Origin: an uncultured Gammaproteobacteria bacterium
Lineage (GTDB): Bacteria > Patescibacteriota > Patescibacteriia > JACQRZ01
Direction of reading: 5' to 3'
DNA length: 52,542 bases
NCBI GenBank assembly: GCA_964621085.1
Contig: CAZUKY010000006.1
Location: forward strand, 1-52,542
Part shown: piece by piece, positions 20,056 to 29,427 of the stretch
Position numbering within the stretch: the first letter of the stretch is position 1
Layout of the letters: every line of letters begins with the position of its first letter
Position numbers and translations under genes: made by a program
Notes under the pieces: generated by a model
What the model was told of the DNA's origin: nothing
Database searches by the model: none
Seen by the model: the letters and a program-made list of their open reading frames with translations, nothing else

Positions 20056-20078
20056 GTCGTCACACACGTTCGCTCGGA

Positions 20079-20513
20079 CTAGGGAGCGATGATGTGCAGG
20101 GTAAACTCCTTCATAAAGGGGGAGCATACCTGTACGGAAGGATTGCAGGGCGGCCGACCGGTAGCCCGAATCGTTGCCGTGCCGCGTCCGCGCACTTCGA
20201 AAATACCGCCTCTCGCATCCAATGACGGGCCCGAGATGCGGGTGACGACCTGTTCGTTGCTGGATTCTGAGAGCCAGGCCAAGTCCGCTTCGAGGGCAAG
20301 AATAACGCGGTCGCCGATGCCGAGCGAAAGACTGTGCTCGTGATGCTTCGGCGTGACGGTAATCGTTTGCGGCGTTTGGAGTGCGTCCACCGCAGATTGG
20401 GACGGAGGAATCGGGAACGCTGGTGTGTGAGCGTTGAGAGAAAGCGGAGCTGCGCTTGTTGTGACAACCGCAACAATCACGCTGAACGTCATCATTGGGT
20501 GCAAAAGGGGCAT
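20079..20513 (-). CDS. Secreted protein with C-terminal Ig-like beta domain; paralog of 40213..40857
   Basis: Signal-like N-terminus MMTFSVIVAVVTTSAAP. C-terminus GTATIRATGRPPCNPSVQVCSPFMKEFTLHIIAP aligns with GSATIVARGEPFCPPGEPCLPYIQPFHVNVIVR of the other gene. Confidence 0.65.
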   Translation of the reverse strand: MPLLHPMMTFSVIVAVVTTSAAPLSLNAHTPAFPIPPSQSAVDALQTPQTITVTPKHHEHSLSLGIGDRVILALEADLAWLSESSNEQVVTRISGPSLDARGGIFEVRGRGTATIRATGRPPCNPSVQVCSPFMKEFTLHIIAP

Positions 20514-20671
20514 AGCATGACTGGAGTGTTATGGGTCTTTGCATCATCTACGCCTCGGATACCACATGCGTTAATAGAAGAGAGAGCTTGAGTCCTTTAT
20601 GTATAATCGTGAGTTTTGAAGAAACGTGTATCTTTGACAAAGAGAATTCCGTATAGCGTATAGGAGTCGGA

Positions 20672-20851
20672 ATGAACAAGGAATATATGAAGAGCAGAAA
20701 GCGGACATGGGGCGATCCGCTTGACGAGATCGAGCGGCGGCAGGGCGAAGAGCTTCCAAGCAAGATGCATGACGTCGCCGAGCCGCCGACGCGCGCACGA
20801 AAACGCGCACGCTCGAAAAAAGAGGCATATCGCCCCCTGCATCGGCGGTAA
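20672..20851 (+). CDS. Small (59 aa), highly basic ORF immediately upstream of ku
   Basis: ATG preceded by TAGGAG. MNKEYMKSRKRTWGDPLDEIERRQGEELPSKMHDVAEPPTRARKRARSKKEAYRPLHRR. Just below the 60-aa cutoff of the ORF track. Stop lies 21 nt before the ku start. Confidence 0.4.
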   Translation: MNKEYMKSRKRTWGDPLDEIERRQGEELPSKMHDVAEPPTRARKRARSKKEAYRPLHRR

Positions 20852-20872
20852 GATTTTTATTTTCTCCTGCGT

Positions 20873-21640
20873 ATGCGGCCGATTTGGTCAGGATCGATCA
20901 GTTTTGGTCTCGTGAACATCCCAGTCAAACTGTACAGTGCTATCGACGAGGGCGGGTTGGACTTCGACCTGATCCACGCGCGGGACAACGGGAGGATTCG
21001 GTATGCACGCATGTGCCGTGCGGAGGAGAAGGAGGTTCCATGGAATGAGATCGCAAAAGGATATCAGTACCGCGAGGCGGAATATGTCGTGCTGACCGAT
21101 GAGGATTTTGTTCGCGCAAACGTTTCCAAGCAGAGCGCAATCCGCATTGCCGAGTTTGTCGACGAGCGAGCGGTCGAAAGCGTGTATTATGAAAAGCCGT
21201 ATTATTTGGAGCCGGAGGGCGGGGCAGACACGGCATACGCTCTCTTGCGTGACGTTATGCGGACTGCCGGAAAGGTCGGGTTGGGGACGTTCGTGATGCG
21301 TCAGCGGGAAAAACTCGTCATTATCCAACCGCGCGGGAAAGGCATTCTTTTGGAGCAACTGCGTTTCGCTCAGCAGATTCGCGGCATGGATACGCTGCAT
21401 CTTCCCGCCGAAGAAACGGAGAAGCGTGCGCGTGACATGGCCCTGAGCTTACTTGAAAAAATGGCAGCGCCGTTTGATCCCGCAAAATATCGGGATACCT
21501 ATACCGATGAGTTGCTTGAGATCATCGCCGAAAAGGCGAAGGGAGTGCCGATCGTTCCGCGCGGCGAGGTTCCACAGCCTACGCCCGTTGCAAATCTCAT
21601 GGAAATGCTCAAAGCGAGCCTGGAGCAGGACCGGCGATAA
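20873..21640 (+). CDS. ku: Non-homologous end-joining protein Ku
   Basis: MRPIWSGSISFGLVNIPVKLYSA is the canonical bacterial Ku N-terminus. 255 aa. Confidence 0.92.
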   Translation: MRPIWSGSISFGLVNIPVKLYSAIDEGGLDFDLIHARDNGRIRYARMCRAEEKEVPWNEIAKGYQYREAEYVVLTDEDFVRANVSKQSAIRIAEFVDERAVESVYYEKPYYLEPEGGADTAYALLRDVMRTAGKVGLGTFVMRQREKLVIIQPRGKGILLEQLRFAQQIRGMDTLHLPAEETEKRARDMALSLLEKMAAPFDPAKYRDTYTDELLEIIAEKAKGVPIVPRGEVPQPTPVANLMEMLKASLEQDRR

Positions 21641-21650
21641 CCCTGTCGTT

Positions 21651-23498
21651 ATGCCGTTTCCGCGTTTCATTCGCCCCATGCTCGCGCGGACTGCAGACGC
21701 GCCATTTTCCGACGACGAGTGGCTCTACGAGGTAAAATGGGACGGCTATCGCGCCATTGCCGAAACGGACAATCATTCGGTTGCGCTCTACTCGCGTCAT
21801 TTTCAGCCATTCGAAAAAAAATTTCCCTCGATTGCGAACGCGCTCCGGACACAGGCGCCCTCCGCGGTTCTTGACGGTGAGATCGTTGCAGTTGACAGTC
21901 AGGGGATTCCGCGATTCCAGCTCTTGCAGGAATACGCAAGGACCTATCAAGGAACGGTGCAGTACCGCGTCTTTGATGTCCTCAGAGAGGCGGGGCGCGA
22001 TATGACAACACTGCCGCTCATCGAGCGGAAAAAAACACTCGCCCATATCGGCCGTTCCTTTCGCGCACCGCTTGCCATAGGGGAGCATGTTGTCGGGAAG
22101 GGGATCGAGTTTTATCAGGCGGTCTGTGCTATGGGTCTTGAGGGTGTTATGGCAAAACGCTGCGGGAGTGCGTATCAGTCCGGCATCAGGTCACGCGACT
22201 GGCTCAAGATTCGTGCCATCAAGCGCCGTGAAGCGATCATTTGCGGGTTTACGGAAGGTCGCGGTTCCCGGGAGTATTTCGGTTCGCTCGTGTTGGGCGC
22301 CCATCGCAATGGCAAGCTCACGCATATCGGGAATGTCGGCACGGGTTTCAGCGAGACGGGGCGCGCCGTTCTTGCGGAGCGACTGCAGATGCTGAGGCGT
22401 CCCACTTCGCCCCTGGCAGGGGGCATGCCGCTGCGGGGCGTTGTTCATTGGGTTGAGCCGATGCTTGTCTGTGAAGTATCTTTTACCGAACAGACGCGCG
22501 AGGGCCGCCTGCGGCATCCGGTCTTTGTCGGGTTGCGCGAAGACAAGATGCCGCAAGAAATTGTGTTTGAAGACGAGCCATTGTTCGAATTTATGCCCAT
22601 CCGCACGGAACGACTGGCGGCAAAAAATCGCGACAAAATTTTTTGGCCCGAAGAAAAATACACGAAGGGCGACGTTCTTGATTATTACGCGGCGGCAGCG
22701 GATCTGCTTCTGCCGCATCTGCGGGGCCGTCCGCAGAATCTGTTCCGCCAACCGGACGGGATCGATGGCGTTGCGTTTTGGCAGAAAGATATCAGCGACG
22801 GCATGCGCCATCTTGTTCCTTCGGTCCGCATTCGGTCTGAAGGCGAGCATCGGGATATCGCTTATGCAATCATCCGGGACACCGCGTCACTGCTTGCGCT
22901 TGTCGACGCAGGATGCATCGAGCTTCACCCGTGGCATTCCCGCGTGGGCAGTCTTGATCGCCCTGATTACTGCCTGATCGATCTTGATCCGCTCGACATC
23001 GCTTTTTCCGCCGTCATCGACGTTGCGCAGTGCGCGTATGAACTTTTTTCCCGACTCGGGATCAGCGCCTGGTGCAAGACATCCGGAGCGACGGGGCTGC
23101 ATATCTGTATTCCGTTGGGCGCGCGCTACTCGTATCAGCAATCGCTGCTATTCGCAAAGATCATCGCGTTTACGCTCCATCGGCGGCTTCCGTCGATCAC
23201 AAGCACTCTGCGAAATCCTCGTGCCCGGAAGGGGAGAGTCTATCTGGATGCGCTGCAGAATCGATTCGGCCAAACGATGGCCGCACCGTATTGCATTCGA
23301 TCTCGGCCCGGTGCCCCGGTCTCTATGCCGCTGCGCTGGAGCGAGGTCTTGCCGAGGCTGGACCCAGGTGCCTTCACGCTTCGTACGGCGCCAGATCGCA
23401 TGCGGCGTATGGGGGATCTCTGGAGGGGTATGCAGGGAAGCAGGCTATCGATGGAGTCGGCGCTCGCTGCACTGAAGGAAGAGAGTGAGCGCCGTTGA
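21651..23498 (+). CDS. ligD: ATP-dependent DNA ligase D, ligase + polymerase/primase domains (no phosphoesterase domain seen)
   Basis: ATG at 21651 (MPFPRFIRPMLA), 10 nt after the ku stop. Adenylation motif EVKWDGYR. C-terminal AEP domain with IDLDP and SGATGLHI. Confidence 0.9.
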   Translation: MPFPRFIRPMLARTADAPFSDDEWLYEVKWDGYRAIAETDNHSVALYSRHFQPFEKKFPSIANALRTQAPSAVLDGEIVAVDSQGIPRFQLLQEYARTYQGTVQYRVFDVLREAGRDMTTLPLIERKKTLAHIGRSFRAPLAIGEHVVGKGIEFYQAVCAMGLEGVMAKRCGSAYQSGIRSRDWLKIRAIKRREAIICGFTEGRGSREYFGSLVLGAHRNGKLTHIGNVGTGFSETGRAVLAERLQMLRRPTSPLAGGMPLRGVVHWVEPMLVCEVSFTEQTREGRLRHPVFVGLREDKMPQEIVFEDEPLFEFMPIRTERLAAKNRDKIFWPEEKYTKGDVLDYYAAAADLLLPHLRGRPQNLFRQPDGIDGVAFWQKDISDGMRHLVPSVRIRSEGEHRDIAYAIIRDTASLLALVDAGCIELHPWHSRVGSLDRPDYCLIDLDPLDIAFSAVIDVAQCAYELFSRLGISAWCKTSGATGLHICIPLGARYSYQQSLLFAKIIAFTLHRRLPSITSTLRNPRARKGRVYLDALQNRFGQTMAAPYCIRSRPGAPVSMPLRWSEVLPRLDPGAFTLRTAPDRMRRMGDLWRGMQGSRLSMESALAALKEESERR

Positions 23499-23555
23499 CT
23501 GTCAGATGAGGGAGCGATAGGATACAAGATAGAGAGCCTCACTTTTCACTGCGCC

Positions 23556-24572
23556 ATGACCATGAAACTTCTTGTCACCGGCGGCTGCGGATTTATCGGA
23601 TCCCATTTTATTCGCCGCATTCTTGAAACATATCCAACATATTCCGTCACCAACCTTGATGCGCTTACCTATGCGGGAAATCCGTCCAACCTTGCCGACT
23701 GTGCGGATAATCCGCGGTACGCTTTTGTGCGGGGAAGCATTGCGGATCGTCCGCTCGTCGAGCGCGTCTGCAGCCAGGGGTTTGATGCGGTCATCAATTA
23801 TGCGGCGGAAACGCATGTCGATCGTTCCATTCTCGATGCCGGATCATTCGTGACAACCGATGTGCTTGGCACGCATACCATTCTTGAGGCGGTCAAAAAA
23901 TTCGGCATCCCGCGTTTTATCCAGATATCGACCGATGAGGTGTTCGGCTCCACGCGCGAAGGAGAGTTTTATGAAGACAGCCCCTTTGAGCCGAACAGCC
24001 CCTACTCAGCATCAAAAGCGGGAGCTGATTTGCTGTGCCGCGCGTACGCGCACACGTACGGATTGCCGGTCGTCGTAACGCACGCATGCAATGTGTATGG
24101 TCCGAACCAGTATCCGGAAAAGATCATTCCCTTGTTTGCCACGAATCTGTTGGAGGGGAAGAAGGTTCCGCTCTACGGCACGGGCGAGAATGTTCGCGAG
24201 TGGCTGTTTGTAACCGATCATGCCGCAGCGATCGACCTGATCCTTCACAGCGAACGCCCCGAAGCGGTGTACAATATCGGCAGCGGACATCGGGTTTCAA
24301 ATATAGAGCTGACCGCAGCGATCCTTGATTTGTGTGGAGTAGGGCAGGACATGATCGAACCGGTCGCGGACCGGCCCGGCCATGATGCCCGCTATGCCAT
24401 TAACGCGGATAAACTTAAGGCTCTCGGATGGCGTGCGGCAGTCGAGTTTGGTGAAGGGCTGCGGAGAACGGTCGAGTGGTATCGCCTCAATGAGGCCTGG
24501 TGGCGCCCGTTGAAATCAGGCGAATACCGCACGTATTACGAACAGAATTACGCAGCTCGACAGTCGCGATAG
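23556..24572 (+). CDS. rfbB: dTDP-glucose 4,6-dehydratase
   Basis: TGGCGFIGS Rossmann motif, YSASKAGAD catalytic YxxxK, and end-to-end resemblance to RmlB. Confidence 0.9.
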   Translation: MTMKLLVTGGCGFIGSHFIRRILETYPTYSVTNLDALTYAGNPSNLADCADNPRYAFVRGSIADRPLVERVCSQGFDAVINYAAETHVDRSILDAGSFVTTDVLGTHTILEAVKKFGIPRFIQISTDEVFGSTREGEFYEDSPFEPNSPYSASKAGADLLCRAYAHTYGLPVVVTHACNVYGPNQYPEKIIPLFATNLLEGKKVPLYGTGENVREWLFVTDHAAAIDLILHSERPEAVYNIGSGHRVSNIELTAAILDLCGVGQDMIEPVADRPGHDARYAINADKLKALGWRAAVEFGEGLRRTVEWYRLNEAWWRPLKSGEYRTYYEQNYAARQSR

Positions 24573-24642
24573 GACGGCATGGCAGGTTGCCGATCTTGTT
24601 TCGTCATGGTAGTCTGTCCGTACTATTTCCTAATGTTTTTTT

Positions 24643-25326
24643 ATGAGCAACGCATCGCAATCACAAGGCATTCACGCAGCCGTATGGATCGGTTCGGTTA
24701 TTGCTGTGCTTGTCGTCGCCTTTTTTGTCGCCCAAGCGGCTCAGAAGGGCGCGTCAAGTAAAGACGGCAACCTGCCGACAGGCGCGCAGGAGATTCTGAC
24801 AGTCCGGCAAGGCGACTGGGTCAAGGGAAAGCAGTCCGCGCCAGTCACGGTTATTGAGTACTCGGACTTTCAGTGCCCGGCGTGCGCCGCGTACTACCCG
24901 CTTCTGAAGGATCTTGCCGCCGCCTACCCGGAGGACGTGCGCGTCGTCTACCGCCATTTTCCGCTTCTCTCGATTCATGCGAATGCGAGGCTTGCGGCCG
25001 AAGCGGCCGAAGCGGCAGGCGAGCAAGGGAAGTTTTGGGAGATGCACGACCTGCTGTTTGATCGGCAGTCCGAGTGGTCTGAGCAGCGCAATGCGTCCGC
25101 TTCATTTATCGCATACGCAAAGCAACTGGGTCTTGATGAGAAGCGATTCGAGAGCGACATGAAGTCCGATCGGGTGCGATCGCGCGTCAGCGATTCCTTG
25201 GCGGGCGCGGACCAGCTTGGCTTGCGGGGTACGCCCAGCTTTTTCCTGAATGGCGCTCCGCTCAAAAATCCCTCGTCACTCGAAGAGTTCCGTAAGGCGG
25301 TCGAAGATGCCGGGGCGAAGAAATAA
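24643..25326 (+). CDS. DsbA-family thiol:disulfide oxidoreductase, membrane-anchored
   Basis: N-terminal TM anchor, thioredoxin CPAC motif (FQCPACAAY), and the DsbA-like helical insertion pattern. Confidence 0.85.
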   Translation: MSNASQSQGIHAAVWIGSVIAVLVVAFFVAQAAQKGASSKDGNLPTGAQEILTVRQGDWVKGKQSAPVTVIEYSDFQCPACAAYYPLLKDLAAAYPEDVRVVYRHFPLLSIHANARLAAEAAEAAGEQGKFWEMHDLLFDRQSEWSEQRNASASFIAYAKQLGLDEKRFESDMKSDRVRSRVSDSLAGADQLGLRGTPSFFLNGAPLKNPSSLEEFRKAVEDAGAKK

Positions 25327-25771
25327 CATTGTCGCCATCCTCATGATGGCGATCGCGCTTCTGGGCTTTGCCGATGCGCTGTACCTTACGATCGCGCACT
25401 ACACGCATTTTTCCGTTCCCTGCACGATCGTTTCGGGATGCGATGTCGTCACAAAGAGCGCGTATTCGGCGGTATTCGGCGTGCCGGTCGCGCTTGTCGG
25501 AACCGCGCACTACCTTGTATTTTTTTTTGTATCGCTTGCTTTTTTGGGCGGGGCTGTCCATCTCCGTCGATGGCTGCGCGTACAGTCCGCTCTCGCCGTT
25601 GCCGCTTCCGCATATTTCGTTTTTCTCCAGGCGTTCGTATTGAAGGCGTACTGCTTTTACTGCCTGACATCCGCGCTTTTTAGCACTCTCTTATTTATTC
25701 TGGCATGGTGGTGCATTGCAGGGACGAAGCGGAATGCTCATCCCGTTGAGGAGGGCGAATTATTGCCGTAG
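25307..25771 (+). CDS. Vitamin K epoxide reductase (VKOR) family protein
   Basis: ATG at 25307 overlaps the dsbA-like gene by 20 nt. Loop Cys pair CTIVSGC and CFYC (CxxC) within a 4-TM layout. Confidence 0.8.
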   Translation: MPGRRNNIVAILMMAIALLGFADALYLTIAHYTHFSVPCTIVSGCDVVTKSAYSAVFGVPVALVGTAHYLVFFFVSLAFLGGAVHLRRWLRVQSALAVAASAYFVFLQAFVLKAYCFYCLTSALFSTLLFILAWWCIAGTKRNAHPVEEGELLP

Positions 25772-25789
25772 CACCGCATAGGAGGAGTC

Positions 25790-27130
25790 TTAGAGCCCCA
25801 CACCCCTCCGTTGCCACTTTTGCCATTTGCACTCCTCGCCGCGGAGGAACCCCAGTACCGACTTCATAAGCGAGTAATACTCGACGACGGTCGTCAGATA
25901 AAACAGAAGCCAGCCGATTGGCGCAAGAAGGACGAATGAGAGTCGGCGGCTTTCCTTGTTGTCGAAAAGAATCTGTACCATGAACATGGATGAGACGACG
26001 ACAAGTCCGGAGATAAATGATGAAAAATTCTGCGTCACCGCAGAGTAATAGTAGAGAAATCCGAGAAAAAAAATCTCCAAAAACAGCTGTACTTCGGCAA
26101 AGAGCGCAAGCGGCAAGATGATCCATGCCAAGATTTTGTTGTGCTTTTTATCGGTGCTGAAAAATAGGCCCCGATGCTCATTAAAAGTCTCGAATCTCCC
26201 GCGTTTCCACCGCAGCCGCTGCCGCAGCAAGCCGCGCACGTCGGCAGCGCCCTCCGTATAGATGACGGCGTCGGCTGCATAGACGATGCGCAAGCCACTT
26301 TTTTGAATGCGGACGGAAAGTTCGATATCTTCTGTAATATTGTGAACATTATACGGCCCGAGTTTTTCGAACACCTCGCGACGGAATGCTCCTGCCGCAC
26401 CGCCGATGATATAGATGGTGTTTAAGAGGGAGTCTGCTTTTTTGAAGTAGAACGAAAAGAGGAACTCAAGCGCCTGGATCGTCCCGAGAATCGTTTGGGT
26501 ATTGCCGATCTTCACGTTGCCGACCGCTGCGGAGACGGCGGGGTCGCGGAAGCAGTTCACGAAATGTGCGATAGCACCTTTCTCAACATAACAGTCAGCG
26601 TCAATTGAGACGATGATGTCTCCGGATGAGAGTCCGATGCCGGCATTCAGCGCACGGCCCTTGCCGCCGTTTTCTTTGTAGTGATAGACGATCTTCACGC
26701 GCTCTTCGCGAGGGGTTTTGCGCCGGTAGCGACGGATGAAGCGGCGAATGACGGCGTCTGAGTTATCGGTCGATCCGTCGTTGACGATGACAATCTCGAG
26801 ATTTTTATAGGTGTTATCGATGAGCGATTGAACCGTCGTTAATATTCCCACTTCCTCGTTCCACGCCGGAATGATCACTGATACCAATGGCCGGTAGTGA
26901 TTGGGAAACCGACAGTTATTCCATGCGACTGCCACGTCGTAGAGAGGCGAGAGTGTCATGTATAGGAAGTACTTCGTCAAAAGGACGGTCGCAAAAAAAA
27001 TGATGACGGTTCGCAGTGTGCCAAAGTCGTCCGTTTCTTTACCGCTGAGGGATACCGATGATACGAGAATTGCGATCGTAAAGAGATACAGCGAACTGTA
27101 CAGGAGCGCTTTCCTGGCTCTGTGTGACAT
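25790..27130 (-). CDS. Processive family-2 glycosyltransferase (cellulose/chitin/PNAG-synthase-like)
   Basis: VSVIIPAWNEE, DGSTDNS, DAD, and QRLRWKRG (QxxRW), flanked by N- and C-terminal TM helices. Confidence 0.88.
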   Translation of the reverse strand: MSHRARKALLYSSLYLFTIAILVSSVSLSGKETDDFGTLRTVIIFFATVLLTKYFLYMTLSPLYDVAVAWNNCRFPNHYRPLVSVIIPAWNEEVGILTTVQSLIDNTYKNLEIVIVNDGSTDNSDAVIRRFIRRYRRKTPREERVKIVYHYKENGGKGRALNAGIGLSSGDIIVSIDADCYVEKGAIAHFVNCFRDPAVSAAVGNVKIGNTQTILGTIQALEFLFSFYFKKADSLLNTIYIIGGAAGAFRREVFEKLGPYNVHNITEDIELSVRIQKSGLRIVYAADAVIYTEGAADVRGLLRQRLRWKRGRFETFNEHRGLFFSTDKKHNKILAWIILPLALFAEVQLFLEIFFLGFLYYYSAVTQNFSSFISGLVVVSSMFMVQILFDNKESRRLSFVLLAPIGWLLFYLTTVVEYYSLMKSVLGFLRGEECKWQKWQRRGVGL

Positions 27131-27350
27131 AATCGATTGAATCTTGCAGCCGGATCATGTTGATGAACAATTTTGCGAGGATGTTGGAAATAAGGATGAG
27201 AGAAATGAATATCCCGACCATTCTATATGATGAGTTAGTGAAGGTTTGCGCAATGCCTGCGAGCATGAAATAGGACAAAGCGATAACGCATGAGATCAGG
27301 AAAGCATGGAAGAGGAGGCGATACGGTATCGATGAGCGGTTCGTCGTCAT
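27039..27350 (-). CDS. Possible small membrane protein upstream of the GT2 gene
   Basis: 103-aa ORF with 2-3 hydrophobic helices. Its 3' end overlaps the GT2 start by 92 nt, which lowers confidence. Confidence 0.35.
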   Translation of the reverse strand: MTTNRSSIPYRLLFHAFLISCVIALSYFMLAGIAQTFTNSSYRMVGIFISLILISNILAKLFINMIRLQDSIDYVTQSQESAPVQFAVSLYDRNSRIIGIPQR

Positions 27351-27413
27351 ACTGTGAAGAAGGACCAGCTGTTATCTGATGGTAGTGACGAGAGAGCGCT
27401 TGCCTCCTTACGA

Positions 27414-27444
27414 ACAAAAAAACCTCCCCGGTCGGGAGGTTTTT
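27414..27444 (-). terminator. Intrinsic terminator after the lexA / Y-polymerase operon
   Basis: CCTCCC-cggtc-GGGAGG stem flanked by an A-run and a T-run. Read on the minus strand, the hairpin is followed by a T-run. Confidence 0.75.
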
Positions 27445-27463
27445 CCTTTGTACGCCTTTGCTG

Positions 27464-28774
27464 CTAGCTGACATCGCCGAAAAGAAATGGAATGCCGAGG
27501 CGTCGGCGGGCAGTTTCGCCGGCCAGCACTCTGCCGTGGCGCAGCGGGACATCGCCGCGATCGCCTTCATGCTGAGCGAATTTTTGCGCGGCAAAACTTG
27601 AACCCAAAAAAACGCTGTACTTTCCGTAGCGCTCGCGCAACCGATCGACGCCGTCATAGATACGCGACATTTTTTCTATCGCAAGATGCTGACCGAAAAG
27701 ATCGAGCTGGGCATTTACGTCCTCGGTGAGTTTTCCGAGTGTGACTCCGGTTGCGCGATACGCATGCCCCGGTTGATAAATGTCTGAAAAAATCTTTTCT
27801 GCAATGTCGATGACTTTATTGGGGAATGCCGTTGGGCGGGAGAGGGTGATGCGCATTCCGAAATGGCGGAAGTCCTGCGTGCGAAGCACGAACGATACCT
27901 CGCGCGGCGCCAGCCGGTGCCGGCGGGCTTTGATGCAGGCATTTTCGATATTCTTCGAGAGTTGCGAAAAGACGAATGACGCATCGCTTGTCGGCGGCGT
28001 GAAGGTTTTGAATTTTTGGATCGAGACGGCGGTCCGCTTCTCGTCGGTGCACACATCCATGACAGCTCTGCCGCGCAACTCTTGCCAAATCTCGTAGAAC
28101 GGCTTGGATAGCCGGTCTTTCACCCAGTCTTCGCTCATGCGCGCAAATTGCAGCGCTGTCCGGATACCGAATTTGGCGAGATACGCACTCGTTTGCGGTC
28201 CGATGCCCCAGACCTTTTCGATCGGCAACTCTTTCAGATAAAGGTGGATGTTCTTGCCGGCTATTGCCGTGAATCCCGCCGGCTTTCGCCACTTCGATCC
28301 GATCTTTGCAATCACCTTCGTCGGCCCCAGGCCGATCGAAAAGGTGCAGCCGAGTTCTGTCGCAAGGTCGCGTTGGATCGCTTGGGCGATCTCCTGATAG
28401 GACATCCTCAGTGGACGACGGAGTCCAGTAATGTCAGCAAAACACTCATCAATACTATATTCTTCCACAGCAGCAGTCCTGCGGCGGACAATGGAGAAAA
28501 ATCGTTTTGAATAGATGCTGTAGGTTTCATAGTCGGAGGGGAGGATTATGGCGTCAGGACACACTTTTAAGATTTCGAAGATGCGCATGCCGCGGGTCAC
28601 GCCGCGCGCTTTCGCTTCATAGCTCATCGATGCGGCGATGCCGCGCTCCTTGCCGGTGACGACCGGCTTGCCCTTGAGCGAGGGATCGCGTGCCTGTTCG
28701 CACGAGGCGAAAAATGCGTCGCCGTCGATGTGAAGAATCGCCCTGGGAAAAGAGGAGATGGAGAGGGGAGACAT
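27464..28774 (-). CDS. Y-family DNA polymerase (DinB/UmuC-like translesion polymerase)
   Basis: ILHIDGDAFFASCEQ N-terminal catalytic motif, SIDECFADIT, and a 436-aa length. Directly downstream of lexA. Confidence 0.9.
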   Translation of the reverse strand: MSPLSISSFPRAILHIDGDAFFASCEQARDPSLKGKPVVTGKERGIAASMSYEAKARGVTRGMRIFEILKVCPDAIILPSDYETYSIYSKRFFSIVRRRTAAVEEYSIDECFADITGLRRPLRMSYQEIAQAIQRDLATELGCTFSIGLGPTKVIAKIGSKWRKPAGFTAIAGKNIHLYLKELPIEKVWGIGPQTSAYLAKFGIRTALQFARMSEDWVKDRLSKPFYEIWQELRGRAVMDVCTDEKRTAVSIQKFKTFTPPTSDASFVFSQLSKNIENACIKARRHRLAPREVSFVLRTQDFRHFGMRITLSRPTAFPNKVIDIAEKIFSDIYQPGHAYRATGVTLGKLTEDVNAQLDLFGQHLAIEKMSRIYDGVDRLRERYGKYSVFLGSSFAAQKFAQHEGDRGDVPLRHGRVLAGETARRRLGIPFLFGDVS

Positions 28775-28778
28775 AGGG

Positions 28779-28800
28779 TTAGCTTATTAGCTGATTAGCT
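28779..28800 (-). repeat. Three tandem 8-nt units (AGCTAA-nn on the coding strand) between lexA and the polymerase gene
   Basis: Plus strand reads TTAGCT-ta-TTAGCT-ga-TTAGCT. On the minus strand the three TAA triplets fall in all three reading frames. Confidence 0.6.
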
Positions 28801-28819
28801 TGTAGGAGTTATGGCCGTA

Positions 28820-29392
28820 CTACTGGTATTTGCGGATGACACCCTTCACAATCGCTGCGATCTTGAGTTCCTCCTTCGGTACAATGGGAGAGTACTTGCT
28901 GTTTCCCGGAAGGAGGACGACTTTGCCGCCTTTCGTGTGGAAGTACTTCATGGTCCACCCCTGGTCCACTTCCGCAATGACGATGTCTCCCTCATGCGGA
29001 TGGCCGCCTCGCTCGGCAAGGACCATGTCACCGGGGAGAATTCCCGCCTCAATCATCGAGTCGCCGCTGACAGTGAGCATGAAGGTCGCTTCTTTTTTTT
29101 CAATAAGGAAATCGTCGAGATTCATTGTGTCGATCAGCTCTTCTTCGGCAGCGGATGGGAATCCCGCCTCTACCGTACCGAGCAGGGGAATGCCAGTCAT
29201 CAAGGGGCCGGGCAGAAGCTTACCGCCGCGGTCTTTTTCCAAAAACCCGGTCTCGAGAAGTTTTTGCACCAATTTGACCGCGGCGTTTTTCGACTTGAAT
29301 CCGACCAAGTCCGCAATCTCCCGATAGGACGGCATGCGGCGTTTTTCTTCAAAGAACTCTGAAATTTTTTTCAAAGATTTTTTCGGATCCAT
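28820..29392 (-). CDS. lexA: LexA repressor (S24 self-cleaving peptidase)
   Basis: N-terminal winged-helix domain (PSYREIADLVGFKS), cleavage-site region VEAGFP, Ser nucleophile in SGDSMIEAGI, and C-terminus GVIRKY. Confidence 0.92.
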   Translation of the reverse strand: MDPKKSLKKISEFFEEKRRMPSYREIADLVGFKSKNAAVKLVQKLLETGFLEKDRGGKLLPGPLMTGIPLLGTVEAGFPSAAEEELIDTMNLDDFLIEKKEATFMLTVSGDSMIEAGILPGDMVLAERGGHPHEGDIVIAEVDQGWTMKYFHTKGGKVVLLPGNSKYSPIVPKEELKIAAIVKGVIRKYQ

Positions 29393-29427
29393 ATCCTCCT
29401 TTTAAAAAATATCTTTAGCGCACTCCT

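Noticed and set aside
19666-20547. 293-aa minus-strand ORF spanning the KGG gene, a terminator and the 20079 gene
   Set aside because: It reads through a strong bidirectional terminator. Its composition (R/S/P/H-rich) is typical of an antisense shadow frame in GC-rich DNA. The KGG gene and the 20079..20513 ORF explain the region.
21453-21650. Long N-terminal extension of LigD (track start 21453) overlapping ku by 188 nt
   Set aside because: The extension is off-frame ku sequence. The ligase N-terminus (MPFPRFIRPMLA) starts at the ATG at 21651, 10 nt after the ku stop.
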